This document shows positions 46,145 to 54,828 of a stretch of DNA of 64,000 bases, in pieces. The first letter of the stretch is position 1; the number at the start of each line of letters is the position of its first letter. A model generated the notes under the pieces. The model was not told the origin of the DNA. It made no database searches and worked only from the letters and a program-made list of their open reading frames with translations. Both the position numbers and the translations under genes were made by a program. The stretch comes from an uncultured bacterium (GTDB lineage: Bacteria > Planctomycetota > Phycisphaerae > Phycisphaerales > SM1A02), in assembly GCA_903919715.1 (NCBI GenBank), contig CAIXJC010000075.1, positions 34,363 to 98,362 on the forward strand. The letters run 5' to 3'.

Positions 46145-47665
46145 CTAGAAGGGTCGCATTCCCTGCGGCAACGTGACTGCGTCCGTGCGTTCTTCAAGAT
46201 GCGCGATAGGGATTGCGCAATAATCCAAACTCAATGCCCCTGCTGGTCGATTGTTTCCCGATCGCCCGAGTCCGCCGAATGGCAAGCGACTGCTCGCCCC
46301 AGCAGTCCCGACATTCCAGTTGATGCATCCTGCGCGAATGTGCGCAGACATGCGCTGCCAACGCTCCTCGCTTGAGGTAAATATCGCAGCGGCAAGGCCG
46401 AACTGCGATGCGTTCGCCTGGACGACTGCATCGTCATCGTCTGCTGCAACGGCGATCTGCACCAGCGGTCCGAATACTTCTTCGTCGGTCATCATGTCGA
46501 AGCGCTGAACTTGCATCACGCCAGGCGAGAGGAACCAACCTTCGCGGTCCAACTTCGTCGCAGGCAAAATAGATACGGCACCCTCACGCAGTCGTCGTGA
46601 CTGAAACGCCAAGACGGCCTCACGCGCTGCGCTCGAAATGATCGGCCCCATAAAAATCGGCTCGTCTGAATCACCCGCCCCGATGAGGAGCGTGCTTGCG
46701 ACCTTTGCGAAGAGCGGAATGAAATCAGCAGCGATCGCTGCATCAACAATGATGCGCCGAGTGCATGTACAGCGCTGCCCCGCAGTCGCGAATGCAGATC
46801 GAACGCACTCGATCACGGCCTGTTTCAAATGGCAGTCGGCACAGACGATCGCAGGGTTACTCCCACCCATCTCGAGTGCGATCATTCGTCCAGGGCGATC
46901 GATGTTTGCGGCAAGGATGCGCCGGCCAGTGTTCCAAGATCCAGTAAACAGAATGCCGTCGATATCTGGGTGATCGCTCAATTTCGCTGCGACTTGCGGA
47001 CCACCACTGATCACATTGAATACGCCTGGTGGAAACGCTGCCGCATCTGCCAGCTCCGCCAGAAGTTGACCGACAGCAGGCGTGCGTTCGCTCGGCTTAA
47101 ATATCACCGTATTTCCAGACAAAAGAGCAGGAACGAAATGCCCGTTGGGCAAGTGAGCAGGAAAATTAAATGGCCCAAAGACTGCCATCACACCGTGCGG
47201 CCGAAATGCGCAGATACCACGGCGCGTTGGATTCACCACGAAGTCAAAGCCTGCGATGCGGCTTGCGCTTTGCTCCTCGAGCGTGATCGAGACCTTGTCC
47301 GCAAGCGCCTTCGCTTCGAGTCGACTCTCGGCGAGCGTCTTGCCGGTTTCCAGCGTGATCAGCCCAGCGATTCGATCCTCATTCGCTGTCACAACATCCC
47401 GCCACCGCATCAACGCCGCACGTCGTTTCTCAACTCCTCCATCGTGCCACAGACGCCCCGCTTTTCGAGCGGCATCAACTGCGATATCAACATGCGCAAG
47501 TTCAGCCGCAGCAGACCAGACTTCAAGAGAAGGATGCGCTGGATCGTGGCTGGCAACACGTTCGGATGTTCCTGCAACGGCGACTGATGGGAGTGGATAA
47601 AAACGACCGCCGATCAAATCACTTGCTTGATGCGCGAGTAACCCTCGGCGAAACGCCTCGCTCAT
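46145..47665 (-). CDS. astD: succinylglutamate-semialdehyde dehydrogenase-type aldehyde dehydrogenase
   Basis: HGVMAVFGPFNFPAHLPNGHFVPALLSGNTVIFKPSE, ALEMGGSNP, AGQRCTC and the C-terminal NWNVGTAGASSRLPFGGLGRSGNNRPAG closely follow the E. coli AstD pattern. ATGA overlap with astA. Confidence 0.85.
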   Translation of the reverse strand: MSEAFRRGLLAHQASDLIGGRFYPLPSVAVAGTSERVASHDPAHPSLEVWSAAAELAHVDIAVDAARKAGRLWHDGGVEKRRAALMRWRDVVTANEDRIAGLITLETGKTLAESRLEAKALADKVSITLEEQSASRIAGFDFVVNPTRRGICAFRPHGVMAVFGPFNFPAHLPNGHFVPALLSGNTVIFKPSERTPAVGQLLAELADAAAFPPGVFNVISGGPQVAAKLSDHPDIDGILFTGSWNTGRRILAANIDRPGRMIALEMGGSNPAIVCADCHLKQAVIECVRSAFATAGQRCTCTRRIIVDAAIAADFIPLFAKVASTLLIGAGDSDEPIFMGPIISSAAREAVLAFQSRRLREGAVSILPATKLDREGWFLSPGVMQVQRFDMMTDEEVFGPLVQIAVAADDDDAVVQANASQFGLAAAIFTSSEERWQRMSAHIRAGCINWNVGTAGASSRLPFGGLGRSGNNRPAGALSLDYCAIPIAHLEERTDAVTLPQGMRPF

Positions 47666-48747
47666 CCGCGCCCCCGCGAACCTCGCTTGGCCTTGGAGAG
47701 AGGCTTTGCCTGCATATCGATTGCATTTCCGCCCTTATCGAATGCGGTTAAGCCGATCGATGCGCGCGTTGAAGCTCCAAGCGTTGCAATCGTTCGCGAC
47801 GGGAGACGAACTGAATCGCCGGTCAACATAAAATCGCTGCGAATCGCACGGAATCCAAATTCACCGACGCACGACACGACACCAGAATGCGTTGCCGTCG
47901 TGCTCGCACCGGCGAGACTTCGACTGACTGAATATCGCACGATCGGGATGTCATCGCGCGACGCTTGCAAATAGGGTCCGCCATCGAATGGATCGACATG
48001 ATCCTGCGCCTTGAATCCCAACTTCTCCAACATGTGCAGTGCGGGCAATGTTTCGGCGCCGACCTTGCCGACGAGTTGACGGGCTTCGGGCGGCAGCAGC
48101 GAAATATAAATTTCAACCTTTGGAAACAATTCCAAAATGAATTCTTTGCTGCGTTGATTGAATGTGTCTGCCTCGGTGTACGAAAGATTGATGAACCTTC
48201 GTCCCAAATAATCCCAGAGGGAGGAGTGGCTGTCCGGCGTCAATGCGCCCATCAACTCGGCAAGGATGCGCGTTTGAAACCATGTCGGATGCAAACCAAT
48301 AAATTGGAATCGCGCGTACGAAAGGAGCGATCCAAGTTTCTGCGGATGCCCGCGATACCCTGGCGCAAGAATCAAACCTCCAATTTCGCTCGGACCAGTT
48401 TCATCCGTATCCAACTGGATCGTGACATGCACCTGCCCTGTTCCAAGATCTCGACTGTAATGCTCGCGCTTGCGAACCTTGAAAAACAAATGCGGATGTC
48501 CGGGCCACGAGATCTTCGAATAGACCGCACTCGTTCCGATCACTGATTTGCTATCAAGGTCTTCAAGAACAAAGACAAATTCGCGTCCCTTGGGATCTTT
48601 CACGGACCCGGCAAACGCGCGCTGACTTCGGTCGATCTTGGCAGCAAGCGAATCCTTGTCCTGAGGCAGATTGAACGAATGCACCAGCCGCGACAACTTC
48701 AGCAGTTGCGGCATGTCTTCATTAACTGCGTGGCGAATGATAAACAT
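47662..48747 (-). CDS. astA: arginine/ornithine N-succinyltransferase family protein
   Basis: MFIIRHAVNEDMPQLLKLS..., FVFVLEDLDSKSVIGTSAV and VDPFDGGPYL parallel AstA (VFVLED..., IDIFDGGPTL). Confidence 0.85.
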   Translation of the reverse strand: MFIIRHAVNEDMPQLLKLSRLVHSFNLPQDKDSLAAKIDRSQRAFAGSVKDPKGREFVFVLEDLDSKSVIGTSAVYSKISWPGHPHLFFKVRKREHYSRDLGTGQVHVTIQLDTDETGPSEIGGLILAPGYRGHPQKLGSLLSYARFQFIGLHPTWFQTRILAELMGALTPDSHSSLWDYLGRRFINLSYTEADTFNQRSKEFILELFPKVEIYISLLPPEARQLVGKVGAETLPALHMLEKLGFKAQDHVDPFDGGPYLQASRDDIPIVRYSVSRSLAGASTTATHSGVVSCVGEFGFRAIRSDFMLTGDSVRLPSRTIATLGASTRASIGLTAFDKGGNAIDMQAKPLSKAKRGSRGRG

Positions 48748-48750
48748 TGC

Positions 48751-50214
48751 TTATTTCATCCGATCGAGAGCGCACTCAATGACGGCGAAGACCGACTTGA
48801 ATTGCGCAGGTTGCATCACGCCGAAGGGAGGAAGTAGTCGCAGGTGATACGGACCATGTCCGCAGGTCAGTGCAATGACCCCCTCTTCAAACATGACTTT
48901 GAGTAGCGCATTGAGCGCGTCTTTTTTCCCACCAAGCGGAGTCAATCGCATCATTCCGCCGATCCCGCCGATCACCGACTGAATCGGCCGACCAAATCCG
49001 TTGATGACTGGAGGAAAGAACTCTGGACGACGCCGCACGAGATCTTCGGCGCACGCACGAAAGGCTTTATTCAATTGCGCGATCCGTCCGTCGGCACCGT
49101 AATAGCCTTCGTCCCGCAAAATTTCGAGCGCCCGTCTCCCGACGTGATAGGCGCTCGTGCTTGAACTGAATGTTCCTGCAAGGAGTCCCGGACCTGGATT
49201 GAGGTCCTCGGTAAAAAGACATGCGCACACTTGCGTCAACTTTCCAACCGTCGCAACATCAATGAATTCACCAAGTCCCATGGTCTCGAAAGCAAACATA
49301 TTTTCCGTGCGCCCAAACGATTGAATTTCGTCGACCCAGACTGGGATCGACGCATCGCGACAGATTCGCATCAGTGCTTCAAGGAATTCTCGTGGCGGGA
49401 CATTGAATCCCCCTTCGCCTTGCACAACTTCCATGATGAAGCATGAATGTTGCTTTGGATATCGCTCGATCATCTGCTTCAAATGCCAGACTGCAATTTC
49501 GGTCGAACGTGGACCAAGCGTTGGATCATAAAACGGCATGTAATCCACGAGAATATTTTGAACGAGTCCCTGCCGATATGCGGCGGTATCTCCGATCTGA
49601 CTCATCGTTGTCGATCGCCCCATGAAACAATCCGCAAAGGCAATGATTCGTGGCGCACCGTGAGTCTTCTGCTGACAGATCTTGAGCGCATTTTCATTCG
49701 CCATGCAACCAGAATTCGTCACAAAACAATGGCGTAAACGGCTCGTTCGACTCGCTTGCGCTGTCAAGATTTCAGCGATTTCCAGGATGTCAACGTTGTG
49801 CTGAAGATGCCCCTGCATACACACGTCGGAAAGTGCGCTCTCAAGCGCAGCCTCGACCATGCGAGGATCCGAATGACCAAACATGTTGACGCCGATTCCG
49901 TTGATCATGTCCCACTTCACGCTTCCATCGGCGAGCTGAACGAGGGCTCCGTTGCCGATACCTGCGCCCACATATGGATACATCGTGGCACGACCGCGCA
50001 ATTCGTTGTTGCGCTTCAACCATGCTGCGTACGACTGCACCTTCGACGGATCCGCTGGTCGAACCTCCGTGATCGACGCCTGCGTACGGCGCAACTCTGC
50101 GAGGATTGATTCGATGGCACTGCGCACAGCAGGAAGCGTTGCGAGCACTGGAAGGTGAGACAATCCGTGTGCTCCAATTGCCGGCGCTTCGATATGTGAT
50201 GGTCCAGCGGTCAT
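48751..50214 (-). CDS. class-III (ornithine/acetylornithine/succinylornithine-type) PLP aminotransferase, divergent, with a long N-terminus
   Basis: GVNMFGHSDPRMVEAA, VTNSGCMANENALK, EVVQGEGGF, VDEIQSFGRT and the candidate PLP-Lys in ATVGKLT. I prefer ATG 50214 (ATGA overlap with the upstream stop). The track start is 50223. Confidence 0.85.
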   Translation of the reverse strand: MTAGPSHIEAPAIGAHGLSHLPVLATLPAVRSAIESILAELRRTQASITEVRPADPSKVQSYAAWLKRNNELRGRATMYPYVGAGIGNGALVQLADGSVKWDMINGIGVNMFGHSDPRMVEAALESALSDVCMQGHLQHNVDILEIAEILTAQASRTSRLRHCFVTNSGCMANENALKICQQKTHGAPRIIAFADCFMGRSTTMSQIGDTAAYRQGLVQNILVDYMPFYDPTLGPRSTEIAVWHLKQMIERYPKQHSCFIMEVVQGEGGFNVPPREFLEALMRICRDASIPVWVDEIQSFGRTENMFAFETMGLGEFIDVATVGKLTQVCACLFTEDLNPGPGLLAGTFSSSTSAYHVGRRALEILRDEGYYGADGRIAQLNKAFRACAEDLVRRRPEFFPPVINGFGRPIQSVIGGIGGMMRLTPLGGKKDALNALLKVMFEEGVIALTCGHGPYHLRLLPPFGVMQPAQFKSVFAVIECALDRMK

Positions 50215-51440
50215 AGTGCCCATGGTACGAAAGGTCTCATGGCGAGACGGTGAATCAACAGCGCCAAAATGCTAGCGCGCTCGACCAAACTTGCAGTGAC
50301 AACGAATTCATCTGATCGATGCAAATTGCCCCCCCGCACACCCAGTCCATCAAGACATGGCAACCCGGCCGCCTGCAGTACGTTGGCATCGCTTACACCC
50401 CCGGTTGAGATGGTTCCTGCGCTCACGGCGAGGTCCTGCGCAACAGCGAGCGCGATCTCTGCGATCGCCTGCACCTCTGGAGTCGCGGGTTTTCTCGGGC
50501 GATTGTGGATTGTTCGCACCTCGATACGCGGCAATACATTTTCGTGGGTCGCAATCTGCGCAAGCACATGATCAATTTCCGTGCGCTGTTCGTCGCTCTG
50601 ATACCGCGCGTTTCCCCAGGCAGCCGCATGATCAGGAACAATGTTCGTCGCCTCGCCACCTTCGAGCGGACCGATATTCAGCGTGCGACCAATGCCAGGA
50701 TCGGAGATCGACAGCACCTGGGTGATCGCCTCACACAGCGCCGCCACAGCGGAAATTCCAGACGCTGCATCGCGCCCAGCATGCGCAGCGCGACCGAATG
50801 CATCGATGCGAAATTGAGCGGAGCCGGCTCGCGCAGTCACAAATTTTCCTTCGCCTGCGGCAGGTTCGAGCACGAGACCGACATCGTGTTTTTTCGCGAT
50901 CGACTGCAAATGATCGGCGCTTGAAAAACTCCCTGTCTCTTCATCCGCATTGAGCACAAAGGACCAGCGCACGGGCACAGCAAGCGCATGAAGAACTTCG
51001 AGTGCAGCTAGGGCGACAATGAGACCGCCCTTCATATCTGCCGCGCCTGGTCCATGCTGTATGCCACTTTGTTCATCAGAAAGTTCGCGAAACACTCCTG
51101 CGGGATCATGCACAGTATCGATGTGTCCGCTCAACAAAATGCGAACGCCCTCAGCAGCAACGCCGACTCGGTCCGCCAAAAGAACATCGGCCGCATCCAA
51201 ATCTTCATCGCTCACGCTGGACTCACGCAACCAGTCAGGGCGATCGCCTCCTGATGAGCGGTGAATCTTGGCACCAATCGCCGTCAATCGTCCACTCATC
51301 CACGCTCGCGTTTCTTCCAGTCCAACTCGATGTCCATACCCCGTCGGGATCGCCACCAAATGCGCTAAATCCAAGCGCATTCGCTGTGCACGCAGTGCGA
51401 CTTCGGCGATTATTTTTTTCTCGAACTCACTCAGCGACAT
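50211..51440 (-). CDS. M20-family metallopeptidase (carboxypeptidase G2 / glutamate carboxypeptidase-like)
   Basis: LLSGHIDTVH, GPGAADMKGG and EETGS metal/catalytic motifs. Confidence 0.85.
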   Translation of the reverse strand: MSLSEFEKKIIAEVALRAQRMRLDLAHLVAIPTGYGHRVGLEETRAWMSGRLTAIGAKIHRSSGGDRPDWLRESSVSDEDLDAADVLLADRVGVAAEGVRILLSGHIDTVHDPAGVFRELSDEQSGIQHGPGAADMKGGLIVALAALEVLHALAVPVRWSFVLNADEETGSFSSADHLQSIAKKHDVGLVLEPAAGEGKFVTARAGSAQFRIDAFGRAAHAGRDAASGISAVAALCEAITQVLSISDPGIGRTLNIGPLEGGEATNIVPDHAAAWGNARYQSDEQRTEIDHVLAQIATHENVLPRIEVRTIHNRPRKPATPEVQAIAEIALAVAQDLAVSAGTISTGGVSDANVLQAAGLPCLDGLGVRGGNLHRSDEFVVTASLVERASILALLIHRLAMRPFVPWAL

Positions 51441-52389
51441 CCAACACGCTCACTTTCGCTCGATCCCATTCGCCGTCAAATACATGCACCGCAGATCCGC
51501 GCATTCTGACTCGCTCATCCAACTCGTCCCATCGCAGAGAGAGTTCGCCGCCTGGAAGATGAATTCGCACGGCTCGATCACTTCGTCCCTCAAGCACACC
51601 TGCAACGCAAACTGCGCTCGCTCCAGTTCCGCACGCAAGAGTGATTCCAGAACCGCGCTCCCATGTTCGCATTCGCAGTTCACGCCGATTCAAGACCTGA
51701 ACAAAGTGAACATTGATGCGCTGAGGAAAGAATACGTGACGTTCAATCGCGACACCGATTGATTCCAGAGGCACTTTCGCAAGATCACTGCACCAGAAAA
51801 CGATGTGCGGATTTCCCATGGAGACGACCGTTGCAACATCCTCAACTCCCGCACTCTTCAACCAGTCGATTGCGCTTGGGATTCCAGCTGGGATGCCCAC
51901 ACCTGCGAGTGCGTCGCACCACATTGCATCGGTCCACGGACGCGCCACAATGCGATCACTCTCTTTCACTCCCTGCCACTGCGCACCAACCGCAGCAGCG
52001 CCAAGGATGGGCTCGCCCATATCAACTTCGACTTCAGATACGAGTCCGTCTGGCGCTGTCCACCACTTCGTTTCTAAAACTCCACGGCCCGTTTCGATTC
52101 GCAGCGGATTCGCAGCGGAAATCCCGCGATCGACAACAAACTTTGCAACGCAGCGGATTCCATTACCGCACATCTGCGCCTCACTTCCGTCGGCGTTAAA
52201 TATTCGCATACTCGCATGCGCTTTGGTTCCAGATGTCGGCGATCCAATCAGGATGAGTCCGTCTCCGCCGATTGCGGTATGGCGATCACTCACGGCGCGT
52301 GCGAGCGCAGCAGGATCATCAATCTTCTCCGCGGTAGAATCGACATAGATGTAGTCGTTTCCGATGCCATGCATCTTGGAGAATCGCAT
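51427..52389 (-). CDS. dapF: diaminopimelate epimerase
   Basis: MRFSKMHGIGNDYIYVD, NADGSEAQMCGNGIRC and a second catalytic Cys in ACGTGASAV. The start at 52389 lies 4 nt after the upstream stop. Confidence 0.9.
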   Translation of the reverse strand: MRFSKMHGIGNDYIYVDSTAEKIDDPAALARAVSDRHTAIGGDGLILIGSPTSGTKAHASMRIFNADGSEAQMCGNGIRCVAKFVVDRGISAANPLRIETGRGVLETKWWTAPDGLVSEVEVDMGEPILGAAAVGAQWQGVKESDRIVARPWTDAMWCDALAGVGIPAGIPSAIDWLKSAGVEDVATVVSMGNPHIVFWCSDLAKVPLESIGVAIERHVFFPQRINVHFVQVLNRRELRMRTWERGSGITLACGTGASAVCVAGVLEGRSDRAVRIHLPGGELSLRWDELDERVRMRGSAVHVFDGEWDRAKVSVLDVAE

Positions 52390-52393
52390 CGGT

Positions 52394-53854
52394 TCATTTC
52401 TCCGGACGACTGATCGTTCCCAAGTCGATGACGACTTGCCCGCGTCGATAAAAATCCGCATTGATCGTATTGCGATCGATGAAGGTGAAGACCAGTCCGT
52501 TCACTCCAGTCGCATCGGAATAACCAAAGTCACCAAAGTGCGGGCCTGCATAACGCTGATTGTCATAGGCCTGAGCATGATTGTGAAAATGGAAGAGGGC
52601 GTCGTATCCCTGATCGAACATTGCGTTGGAAGCCTCAAACTTCACATCGCTTCCACGAGACTGAGCCGGATATTCAATCAGTTCGAAGCGACCCTGATCA
52701 TCGAGCCGCATCAATCCACCGTATTCGGTCAGTCGATCGGCAAGATCCCGATCCGCAATGTCAAAGATGTGCGCACGAATGGCTGGTTGATCCAATGCCT
52801 GCAATGCGATGAGCACCGCTGCGCAATCCCCCCAGCCCATTTCCTTCGAATGACCGTGCGGCGTTTCAGGAAGTTGCGCGCCGAACCCCTCGAAAGAAGC
52901 GCTATATCGATGAATCTTTTCTTTCGCCAAGCGCACTGAGATTTCATCGAATAATTGATCGCGCGATGTCACGAGCAATTCTGGACGATTCCCCGCAGCA
53001 GCGACCAGAATTGAAAGATCACGCGGCTCGAGCGTCGAGCGAATATCCGCTGGCAACTTCGCGGCTGCTGCGCGGGCCGCATCCCAGAAAGCTCTTTTCG
53101 CTGGCGTTCGCAGCGCACGCATCCAAAGAATCTCTTCTCGATTTCTTGGAATGATTTGCAAATCGCTTGCGGATCGGCGCATGTCCAGAATGAACGAATC
53201 AGTCGTTGCGATTTTCTCGTCGGCCAAGAGTGCCAAAATTCGATCACGTTCGCCCGTCGCAAGCAACAACTCCCAGCAGCGACTTCGCAAGTTTGCTTCC
53301 TTGATCGGATCACTCTTTAAGAGCAATTCGTACAGGACCTCCGGAACGCGATCCTTTCCCCACAACTTCACGAGCGCTAAATATTCAGGTCGCTCGAGCA
53401 GCTTCATCCCAAGAATCGGTAACACGACTGCCCAACCTCGAACAAGCGTCGGGGTCATATCCTTCCATCCCAACTCCCCGATTCGCTGGCAAACTTCCGT
53501 GCGCCATTCATAAATCTGCATCTTTGGCAGATTCAATTCCAACGACGTCTTCAGCCCCGCAAGGTCGTACTTCATCAGCCGATCCCACGCCTCGTCACGA
53601 AGTTCTCGAACGAAGCCCGGCTGAACGAGAATCTTGCGAAGCGCCTTCAAATATTCAGGGTTTGTTGGCTCGGCATCCAAGATCTGCATTGCCGCCAACT
53701 GTCGAGACGGAACAAGATCGGTGCGACTCAGGGATTGGAGCGGATCTCCGGCGGGGGTTGCAGTGCAACCACCAATCGCCACGACAAGCGAGAGCGAGAG
53801 GCACGCCATTCCAAGTGTCGAAATCCCCCGACGCCAAGGACGATCGAAGTTCAT
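52394..53854 (-). CDS. hypothetical lipoprotein
   Basis: Start taken at MNFDRPWRRGISTLGMACLSLSLVVAIGGC (lipobox). Helical-repeat-like body. C-terminal His-rich patch FHFHNHAQ...GPHFGD of unknown meaning. First gene of the dapF-astD operon. Confidence 0.6.
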   Translation of the reverse strand: MNFDRPWRRGISTLGMACLSLSLVVAIGGCTATPAGDPLQSLSRTDLVPSRQLAAMQILDAEPTNPEYLKALRKILVQPGFVRELRDEAWDRLMKYDLAGLKTSLELNLPKMQIYEWRTEVCQRIGELGWKDMTPTLVRGWAVVLPILGMKLLERPEYLALVKLWGKDRVPEVLYELLLKSDPIKEANLRSRCWELLLATGERDRILALLADEKIATTDSFILDMRRSASDLQIIPRNREEILWMRALRTPAKRAFWDAARAAAAKLPADIRSTLEPRDLSILVAAAGNRPELLVTSRDQLFDEISVRLAKEKIHRYSASFEGFGAQLPETPHGHSKEMGWGDCAAVLIALQALDQPAIRAHIFDIADRDLADRLTEYGGLMRLDDQGRFELIEYPAQSRGSDVKFEASNAMFDQGYDALFHFHNHAQAYDNQRYAGPHFGDFGYSDATGVNGLVFTFIDRNTINADFYRRGQVVIDLGTISRPEK

Positions 53855-53890
53855 CGGTTCAGTGTAGAAAAAGTCGAATAGAATCATTGT

Positions 53891-54154
53891 GTGCCCGATC
53901 ACCGTTCATCCATCGACAAATCAACGAAAGACCTTCTTGAACAGGTCCGAGCTGTCGTCGATCTGATTCGACCAGACATCCAAGCCGATGGTGGCGATGT
54001 CGAAGTGGTCTGCGTACATGATGGAATCGTGGATGTTCGCTTCCATGGCGCCTGTGTCGGTTGTCCATCAAGCAACATGACTTTGCAATCGGGTATCGCC
54101 CGTCAGTTGCGAGAGCGAATTCCGCAAATCATCGAAGTTCGCGCTCTCAATTGA
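53891..54154 (+). CDS. NifU-like (Nfu C-terminal domain) Fe-S cluster protein
   Basis: IRPDIQADGGDVEVVCVHDGIVDVRFHGACVGCPSSNMTLQSGI carries the CxxC motif of the NifU C-terminal domain. Confidence 0.85.
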   Translation: MPDHRSSIDKSTKDLLEQVRAVVDLIRPDIQADGGDVEVVCVHDGIVDVRFHGACVGCPSSNMTLQSGIARQLRERIPQIIEVRALN

Positions 54155-54157
54155 GGG

Positions 54158-54391
54158 TTACGCGCCGCCTTCAGCTGGGCGGATTTTTCCAATGACATTC
54201 TTGGTCGGGTCGATCGCTCCAGCAAGAATCTGCTCTGCGACTTCCTTGCGATGCACGGCGACCTCACGTGGAAACTCAAATGCAATGCGCACACGATCAC
54301 CCTTGATCGACGCAATACGAACAATCCCAATCGGGGACGCTGGGTTCCCGATGACGACTTCTTCACCTTCGCGTCGTGTGATGACCAACAT
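54158..54391 (-). CDS. csrA: carbon storage regulator CsrA (77 aa)
   Basis: MLVITRREGEEVVIG...GDRVRIAFEFPREVAVHRKEV matches CsrA (MLILTRRVGETLMIG...VRIGVNAPKEVSVHREEI). ATG 54391 has GGAGG 10 nt upstream. The track ORF has a 13-aa extension. Confidence 0.9.
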   Translation of the reverse strand: MLVITRREGEEVVIGNPASPIGIVRIASIKGDRVRIAFEFPREVAVHRKEVAEQILAGAIDPTKNVIGKIRPAEGGA

Positions 54392-54593
54392 AGTGCGCGG
54401 ACCTCCTGCCCTTTGACGGTGGGACTTCACCCACCGACTTGCTCAGCTCGCCTCGGACGCACCGTGCGTCCTCCATGCGAATCCTTGGATGACTTTCATC
54501 GACCAAGCGACTGACCTACTTGAAGGGTACATCTCGTTCGGATGCATCCCTTTCTTCAATTCACAAATTACAAAAATACCCCGTTATCGGATC

Positions 54594-54631
54594 AAAAAAA
54601 AACCCCCCGCGTCGGGCCAGTGACGCGGGGG
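54594..54631 (-). terminator. strong intrinsic terminator between mraZ and csrA
   Basis: On the minus strand: CCCCCGCGTC-ACTGGCCC-GACGCGGGGG followed by T9 (plus-strand A-run 54594-54602). Confidence 0.8.
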
Positions 54632-54712
54632 CGACGATAATAATCGAGTTGAACGAGTCCAACTCAACTATTCGTACGGAAGTGCCATCCTGGCCGAACC
54701 GTACGACCCTTG

Positions 54713-54737
54713 CGGGTCATCCATGACCCGTTTTTTT
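54713..54737 (+). terminator. terminator-like hairpin plus T7 on the + strand (same palindrome as one GGA hairpin)
   Basis: cgggtcat-cc-atgacccg followed by ttttttt. No + strand gene precedes it. See findings. Confidence 0.3.
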
Positions 54738-54828
54738 GCTCGACTCGCGCATCCATGCACAAATCGAGATTTGTATATGCGCTACGCCGTCCGTGCCGTA
54801 GCGAAGTCCAAGTGGCGCAGGCGATCCA

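Noticed and set aside
52394-52600. JAMM/MPN metalloprotease motif in the C-terminus of the lipoprotein (FHFHNHAQ...GPHFGD)
   Set aside because: The spacing does not fit HxHx7Sx2D and no upstream Glu context is recognisable. I left it as hypothetical.
54520-54726. 68-aa + strand ORF in the mraZ-csrA spacer
   Set aside because: It spans a poly-A tract, the GC terminator stem and several hairpins, and has no SD. The region is better explained as structured RNA.
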